Below are positions 58,316 through 64,000 of a stretch of 64,000 bases of DNA, in pieces; the stretch's first letter is position 1, and the number at the start of each line of letters is the position of its first letter. Location of the stretch: contig CAXXFL010000001.1 of assembly GCA_963674965.2 (NCBI GenBank), positions 704,001 to 768,000 of the forward strand, written 5' to 3'. A program made the translations under genes and the position numbers. The stretch is from a bacterium. Lineage in GTDB: Bacteria > RBG-13-61-14 > DATKZS01. The notes beneath the pieces are model-generated. The model did not search any database, was not told the origin of the DNA, and worked only from the letters and a program-made list of their open reading frames with translations.

Positions 58316-59446
58316 ATGGAAGCCCTGGAAGCCTTCAAGAAGATCGCCAAGACGCCCTATAACCACACCCTTTCCGCCCACAAGGACAAGGGCGGCAAGA
58401 TCGTGGGTATTTTCTGCTCCTACGCGCCCGAGGAGATGGTCATGGCCGCGGGCATGATCCCCTTCCGCATGAGGGCGGTGGGCTCGGACAAGACTACCCT
58501 GGGCGACGCCTGGTTCAGTTCCCTTAACTGCTCCTTTGTGAGGCATACCCTGGACATGGCCCTCGAGGGAAACTACGGCTTCCTGGACGGGGTCGTGTTC
58601 ATTAACGCCTGCGACCACATCCGAAGAATGTACGACAACTGGCGGCGAGGGGTAGACGGTCCCGGACTCGTCCACATGATGAGCGTTCCCCACAAGGCCG
58701 GCGGCAGGGCCCTTGCCTGGTACCGGGAGGAACTCGACCTGCTCCGTCAAAAAATCGAGTCTCACTTCAAACTTAAAATAACCGACGACGACCTGCGCGC
58801 CGCCATCAAGGTCTCGAACCAGACCAGGCGCCTTCTCGCCAAGCTCTACGAGTTGAGAAAGGACGAGTCGCCGCCCATCACGGCGGCGGAAACCCTCTCG
58901 GTCATCATGGCGGGAACGGCCATGGAGCGGGAGAGGTTTAACGAGCTTCTCGATCAGCTCCTCGAGGAGATTCCCGGACGGAAGGCGTATAAGGCAGGAG
59001 CGCCAAGACTCCTTATAATGTCGGGCTGCCTCGAGGAGCCCGAGCACCTCGAGCTTATCGAGGGCCAAGGAGGGGCCATCGTTGACGACCTCCTTTGCCA
59101 CGGCCGCCGCTATTTCGATACCCTGGTGGACGAGGAAAACAAGGACCCCATCCAGGCCCTGGCAGAGCGCTACATGAACCACCTCTCCTGCCCCCGCATA
59201 GGCGACGACTTCGGCCGGAGAATCGACCGGGTCAAGGAGTCCACCGGCGAGTACGGGCTGGACGGGGTCATCGTCGAGACCCTGAAGTTCTGCAACCTCT
59301 GGGGAGGCGAGTCGTTTATTATGAGGCAGGAATCCAGGAAGACCGGCATGCCGACCCTCCACCTGGAAAGGGAACTCTACGGGGGAGGGGACGGCCAGGT
59401 AAAAACAAGGGTCCAGGCTTTCCTCGAAAGGATAGGAAAGTTCTAG
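58316..59446 (+). CDS. 2-hydroxyacyl-CoA dehydratase family subunit D
   Basis: CSYAPEE, NCSFV, ACDHIRR, SCPR, KFC, TRVQAFLE. Confidence 0.88.
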   Translation: MEALEAFKKIAKTPYNHTLSAHKDKGGKIVGIFCSYAPEEMVMAAGMIPFRMRAVGSDKTTLGDAWFSSLNCSFVRHTLDMALEGNYGFLDGVVFINACDHIRRMYDNWRRGVDGPGLVHMMSVPHKAGGRALAWYREELDLLRQKIESHFKLKITDDDLRAAIKVSNQTRRLLAKLYELRKDESPPITAAETLSVIMAGTAMERERFNELLDQLLEEIPGRKAYKAGAPRLLIMSGCLEEPEHLELIEGQGGAIVDDLLCHGRRYFDTLVDEENKDPIQALAERYMNHLSCPRIGDDFGRRIDRVKESTGEYGLDGVIVETLKFCNLWGGESFIMRQESRKTGMPTLHLERELYGGGDGQVKTRVQAFLERIGKF

Positions 59447-59464
59447 GCCGATAAGCCAAGAAGA

Positions 59465-60226
59465 TTATTTTATCGCCACGAAAAACGCCCTGTCCTCCTT
59501 TTCGGGTTCGGCGAGAGGAACGTCAAGGATTCCCTCCGCCGCGGCGTAGGCTTCACGAAAACCAATATCAAGGAGGGCCTCCAGGACCTCGGCCACCGGA
59601 TAGGTCTTCTCGATGATCATCTCCTCGAAACGCTCGTAAAGGCCGCCGGCGGTATGCACGAAGCCCGAAAGTTTGTAAAAGGCCTGGCCCGTCCGGTCGT
59701 CGTATCCTCCCCTCGTGATCAGCGTGACCTCGGGGCTCTCGTCAACCGTTATCTCGGCCCAGTGCCGAAGTCCCTTCCTGGTGTTTAGATCGAAGATGAA
59801 AACGCCGCCCTCCGCGAGGGCCGCGTGGGCCAGGCGAAGACACTTGACAGCGGCCTCGAAGCCGTCCAGATGGTTGAGCGAGTCGTAGGTGGCCAGGACC
59901 AGGCCATACTCGCGGTCGGGCGAGTACTCGGTCACGTCGGACGGCGTGAAGCGGGCCTTGCCTTTTTCGACGTATTCCCTGGCGTTGTCGAGGGCGTAGT
60001 TCAGCATGTACTCGGACGCGTCCACGCCGGTGACCTCGAAGCCCTCGGCCAGGAAATGAAGGGCCAGGGTACCCGTCCCGCAGAAAAGATCGAGCACCGG
60101 CCGCCGGTCCCTCCCCGGGGCGGAGGCCTTGTAAAATTCGAGTATATGGGAGGCCACGCCGTCGGCGAAGTCGGTCCACATCATGTTGTAAACGCCCGCG
60201 AAAGTTTTATTGTACGCCTGGACCAC
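59465..60226 (-). CDS. Class I SAM-dependent methyltransferase
   Basis: LDLFCGTG, GVDAS..ML, YDSLNH, GGVFIFD. Confidence 0.88.
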   Translation of the reverse strand: MVQAYNKTFAGVYNMMWTDFADGVASHILEFYKASAPGRDRRPVLDLFCGTGTLALHFLAEGFEVTGVDASEYMLNYALDNAREYVEKGKARFTPSDVTEYSPDREYGLVLATYDSLNHLDGFEAAVKCLRLAHAALAEGGVFIFDLNTRKGLRHWAEITVDESPEVTLITRGGYDDRTGQAFYKLSGFVHTAGGLYERFEEMIIEKTYPVAEVLEALLDIGFREAYAAAEGILDVPLAEPEKEDRAFFVAIK

Positions 60227-60313
60227 GCTTGTCTCCTTTCATGAGCCGGCTCGCTTCATTTTATTGCCGGAGCCAAACTAGCATATAATCATTAACGGCA
60301 GCGGACAATTTTC

Positions 60314-61738
60314 ATGGATATAACCACCACGGGACTTATTACCCTCGCCGTGGCCGCCCTGGATATAAGCGCCATCATTCTGGCCATATCCCGGAGCGGC
60401 GGCGTCGAGCGGACCCTGGCCTGGCTGGCCGCCATCGTGGCCTTCCCGGGAGTGGGGGCCGTCGCCTATCTGGCCCTGGCCAACCCCAGCGTGAAGCGGA
60501 CGACCCACCGCAAGCGCCGCGGCTCGTCGGCTATCAGGGCCGCGATCACCGCCTGCGGGAGCGTGGACGACCTCGAGGCCGGTTTCCGCGAGCGGTCGAT
60601 CCTGCAGCTATCGTCCGAGCTTACCGGGCTTATTCCCTCGGTGGGAAACTCGGTCGAGCTTTTAGTGGCGGACGAGTCGGCCGCCAGGCGGATGAGGTCC
60701 GTGTTCGAGTCCGCCAAGCGAAGCATATGGGCGGAGTTTTACATCATCCAGAACGACGAGACGGGAAGACTTTTTCTCGATCTCCTCGAGCAAAAGGCAA
60801 GCGAGGGTCTTGACGTCCGGCTTCTTTACGACGCGGTCGGGTCGATGCTCATCAACGAGGAAAAGCTTGGCCGCGTCAGGCGGGCGGGCGGCAAGGTCGA
60901 GTCCTTCCTTCCCCTGAACCCTCTCCGGAAGCGCTGGAGCGTGCATCTCAGGAACCACCGCAAGCTGGTGGTGGTGGACGGTGAATACGGTTTCACGGGC
61001 GGCATGAACGTGGGCGACGAGTACTCGGGCCGGGCCAGGCGGTCGGGCCGGGAGTATTTCCATGACACCCACCTCCTTATTCACGGCGCCGCCGCGGGTG
61101 ACCTTGCCCAGGTGTTCGCCGAGGACTGGATGTTCGCCTCGGGCGAGAAACTGGGTCCCGCTCCCAGGGTTTCGGCCATGTCCGGGGAAGGGACCATCGT
61201 GGCCGCCGTGCCCAGCGGCCCGGACCAGGAGTTCAACGCCAACGGCATGATCTTCTTCTCGGGCATAGCAACGGCCAGGGAGAGGGTATTTCTTACCACT
61301 CCCTACTTCGTTCCGGACGGGCCCACCGCCAGGGCCCTTATCAGCGCGGCGCTCCGGGGCGTGGACGTACGGGTGATGGTACCGGCCAAATGCGACGTGG
61401 CCCTTGTCCGGGCGGCCGCCAGGTCCTATTACCCGGAGCTTTTGGCGGGGGGGGTCCGTATCTTCGAGTACCTGCCCGCCATGCTTCACGCCAAGACCAT
61501 GGTGGTTGACGGCAGGTGGGGCGTCGTGGGGTCGGCCAACGTGGACTTTCGCAGCTTCAGGCTCAACTTCGAGTTGGGCGCCATGGTGGTGGACAAGAAG
61601 TTCGCCTCCCTTCTCGAGTCGAGGTTCAGGGCCGACGTGAAGGACTGCGTCGAGATCACCCAGGCCGATTCGGCAAAAAGAGAATTCATGGGCAAGCTCA
61701 TAGACGGCACGGCCAGGCTACTGTCTCCGCTCCTTTAA
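60314..61738 (+). CDS. cls: Cardiolipin synthase
   Basis: Two N-terminal TM; two HKD motifs (NHRKLVVVD, LHAKTMVVD). Confidence 0.92.
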   Translation: MDITTTGLITLAVAALDISAIILAISRSGGVERTLAWLAAIVAFPGVGAVAYLALANPSVKRTTHRKRRGSSAIRAAITACGSVDDLEAGFRERSILQLSSELTGLIPSVGNSVELLVADESAARRMRSVFESAKRSIWAEFYIIQNDETGRLFLDLLEQKASEGLDVRLLYDAVGSMLINEEKLGRVRRAGGKVESFLPLNPLRKRWSVHLRNHRKLVVVDGEYGFTGGMNVGDEYSGRARRSGREYFHDTHLLIHGAAAGDLAQVFAEDWMFASGEKLGPAPRVSAMSGEGTIVAAVPSGPDQEFNANGMIFFSGIATARERVFLTTPYFVPDGPTARALISAALRGVDVRVMVPAKCDVALVRAAARSYYPELLAGGVRIFEYLPAMLHAKTMVVDGRWGVVGSANVDFRSFRLNFELGAMVVDKKFASLLESRFRADVKDCVEITQADSAKREFMGKLIDGTARLLSPLL

Positions 61739-61882
61739 TATGCCGAGCGCGCCGCCAAGGTTGTTCCATTTTTATCGGCCTGAATATTCGACTGCACTTG
61801 ATTATCGCCCGGATATTAATGATGCTTAGTCATATGGGCCTTTTCCAGGAAGCGAAAGCAACTCGCGCGCTCGGAGTAATAT

Positions 61883-63712
61883 TTGAAGCTTAAAAAAGAA
61901 CTCACGCTTCTCGATGTTTTCAGCATCACCGCCGGCGCGATGATGAGCGCTGGTCTTTTCCTGTTACCCGGCATGGCCTACCTCAAGACGGGTCCGGCCG
62001 CCCTGGTCTCCTATCTCCTGGCCGGGGTCCTGGCCACGGCGGGAATGCTCAGCCAGGCGGAGTTGACCTCGGCCATGCCCAAGGCCGGGGGCACGTACTT
62101 TTACGTGACCAGGAGCATGGGATCCGCCGTGGGCACGGTCTACGGACTCATCACCTTTTTGGCCCTGTCCCTTAAAAGCGCCTTCGCCCTTTTCGGCATG
62201 GCCGCTTTTACCAACTTTTTGATCGACGTCGATATAAGGCTGATCGCGATCCTCCTGTGCGTTCTTTTTCTGGTTCTCAACCTGGTGGGAGTCAAGGGCG
62301 CCGGACGGGTGCAGGTGGTCCTGGTAATAGTGATCCTGGCGGTTCTTGCCGTCTATTCCTTCATGGGCGTTCCTCAGGTGAAGGCCTCGCGCTTCGAGCC
62401 TTTCATGACGGGGGGAGCCGGATCGATACTGGCCACCGCGGGCTTCGTATTCGTGAGCTACGGCGGCCTTCTCAAGGTGGCCAGCCTGGCCGAGGAGGTC
62501 AAGGAACCCGGCAGGGTGTTGCCCCTTGGAATGATCCTCTCCCTTTTGGCGGTGGCCGTCGTATACTCGGCGGTTATCTTCGTGACCTACGGAGTGCTCG
62601 ATTCCGATACGCTTGGAAAAACCCTGACGCCCGTCTCCGACGCGGCCGAGGTCTTCATGGGAAAATGGGGAGCCGTTCTCCTCAGCCTTACCGCCATCCT
62701 CGCTTTTTCCTCCGCGGCCAACGCCGCCATCATGGGAGCCTCGCGCTATCCCCTGGCCCTGAGCAGGGACTCTCTTATACCCGGCCTCTTCTCCCGCGTG
62801 AACGGGAAATTTAATACTCCTCACTACGCCCTTCTCGCCACCGGCGTTTTCATGATGGGCGCGTTGTTTCTGAATCTGGACGCCATCGTCAAGGCCGCCT
62901 CGAGCGTTTTGATCCTCACTTACTTATTCTCCTGTCTGGCCAATATCATCATGCGCGAAAGCCGGATACAGAACTACCAGCCAGCCTTCAAGGCCCCTCT
63001 CTATCCTTGGATTCAGATAGCCGGCGTCATCGGCTTTTGTCTTCTCTTGATCGAGATAGGCTCCGAGGCCTGGCTGGTGGGAGGAGCGCTCAGTCTTGTT
63101 GGACTCCTCGTATACATGCTTTACGGCAGGCGCAGGGTGAAGAGGGAATACGCGCTTTTACATTGCATCGAGAGGATCACGGCCAAGGAGTTGACCACCC
63201 ACTCCCTGGAGGAGGAACTCAAGGAAATCATCCGGGAAAGGGACGACATTGTCAAGGACAGGTTCGACTCCCTGGTCGAGAAATGCACGGTCCTCGATAT
63301 TGACGAGCCCATGAGCGCGGAGTCCTTTTTCAAGATCGTGGCCGATCATCTGGCCCAAGGCGTGGACATGGGACCGGCCGAGTTGGTGAAGCTCTACCTC
63401 GAGCGCGAAAAGGAAAACGACACGGTCATCGCCAAGGGTCTCGCCATACCCCATATCGTGGTGCCGGGGGAGAAAACCTTTAACGTCCTGATCGCCCGGT
63501 GCAGGCCGGGGGTCCTGTTCCTCGAGTCGGCCTCCCGGGTCAACGCCGCCTTCGTGCTGATGGGAAGCTCGGACGAGAGAAACTTCCACCTGCGCGCCCT
63601 CGCCGCCATCGCCCAGATAGCCATGGACCCCCACTTCGAGAAAAAATGGATGAGCGCCAAGAGCGTGGAAGCGCTGAGAGATATCGTGCTTTTAAATCCC
63701 AGAAAACGGTGA
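61883..63712 (+). CDS. APC-family amino acid permease fused to PTS EIIA domain
   Basis: AELTSAMPKAGG, AEEVKEP, ~12 TM; C-terminal ERE..GLAIPH..HLRALA. Confidence 0.88.
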   Translation: MKLKKELTLLDVFSITAGAMMSAGLFLLPGMAYLKTGPAALVSYLLAGVLATAGMLSQAELTSAMPKAGGTYFYVTRSMGSAVGTVYGLITFLALSLKSAFALFGMAAFTNFLIDVDIRLIAILLCVLFLVLNLVGVKGAGRVQVVLVIVILAVLAVYSFMGVPQVKASRFEPFMTGGAGSILATAGFVFVSYGGLLKVASLAEEVKEPGRVLPLGMILSLLAVAVVYSAVIFVTYGVLDSDTLGKTLTPVSDAAEVFMGKWGAVLLSLTAILAFSSAANAAIMGASRYPLALSRDSLIPGLFSRVNGKFNTPHYALLATGVFMMGALFLNLDAIVKAASSVLILTYLFSCLANIIMRESRIQNYQPAFKAPLYPWIQIAGVIGFCLLLIEIGSEAWLVGGALSLVGLLVYMLYGRRRVKREYALLHCIERITAKELTTHSLEEELKEIIRERDDIVKDRFDSLVEKCTVLDIDEPMSAESFFKIVADHLAQGVDMGPAELVKLYLEREKENDTVIAKGLAIPHIVVPGEKTFNVLIARCRPGVLFLESASRVNAAFVLMGSSDERNFHLRALAAIAQIAMDPHFEKKWMSAKSVEALRDIVLLNPRKR

Positions 63713-63726
63713 CCGAAGCAGCCGCG

Positions 63727-64000
63727 CTATACCGCGTCGCTTTTATAAACCGGCGGATGAGACTTGATGAAATCCACCACCTCGGCCGGGTCGTCGGAAA
63801 GGAAAAGCAGTTTCTCGTATTCCCTTCCCTTGGCCAGGCCCCGAAGCATCGGATACAGGGAAGTCTCGGCCTCGTAGCGCTCCCGGCCCAGGAAAACCAT
63901 GGGACTGTAATAATCGAAAGTGCCGTAATGGTTCTGAGTGGCGTCCTGGAATATCTCCTGCGTCGTGCCCGCGCTTCCCCTGGCGTAAACGATCCCGTGG
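63727..64000 (-). CDS. LOG/Rossmann-fold nucleotide-binding protein, 5'-truncated by window edge
   Basis: Not in ORF track; HGIVYARGSAGTTQEIFQDATQNHY..SPMVFL.. to TAG at 63727. Confidence 0.8.
   Translation of the reverse strand, partial: HGIVYARGSAGTTQEIFQDATQNHYGTFDYYSPMVFLGRERYEAETSLYPMLRGLAKGREYEKLLFLSDDPAEVVDFIKSHPPVYKSDAV

Overview
GC-rich (about 60% by eye), gene-dense bacterial chromosome segment. The gene content (multiheme cytochromes, 2-hydroxyacyl-CoA dehydratase, zinc-ribbon/GYF_2 and TPR-cNMP proteins, many PAS sensors) suggests an anaerobic deltaproteobacterium-like organism; this is inference. It holds about 53 CDS and one tRNA-Val(CAC). I found no integrase, transposase, prophage or CRISPR array. 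Main blocks in order: a tandem multiheme cytochrome c pair (one missed by the ORF track); gpmA and nadC-birA-coaX-ltaE; a PAS/GGDEF signalling region with a probable pseudokinase; an unannotated 35-aa ribosomal protein bTHX; and a TetR-controlled acyl-CoA catabolic operon. That operon encodes a carboxylase with the geranyl-type Phe->Gly pocket change, a hydratase, a BKACE and an AtuD-like dehydrogenase. It is the best candidate for an undescribed pathway, a branched/terpenoid acyl-CoA route using BKACE. Downstream lie an orphan HydE-like radical SAM, a sigma28-driven Ca-binding protein, a fibre-like adhesin, a GMC oxidoreductase plus dehydratase operon, cls and an APC-PTS EIIA fusion. The palindrome CTCGAG is strongly over-represented across the window. 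All family calls come from motif recognition by eye, not database searches.
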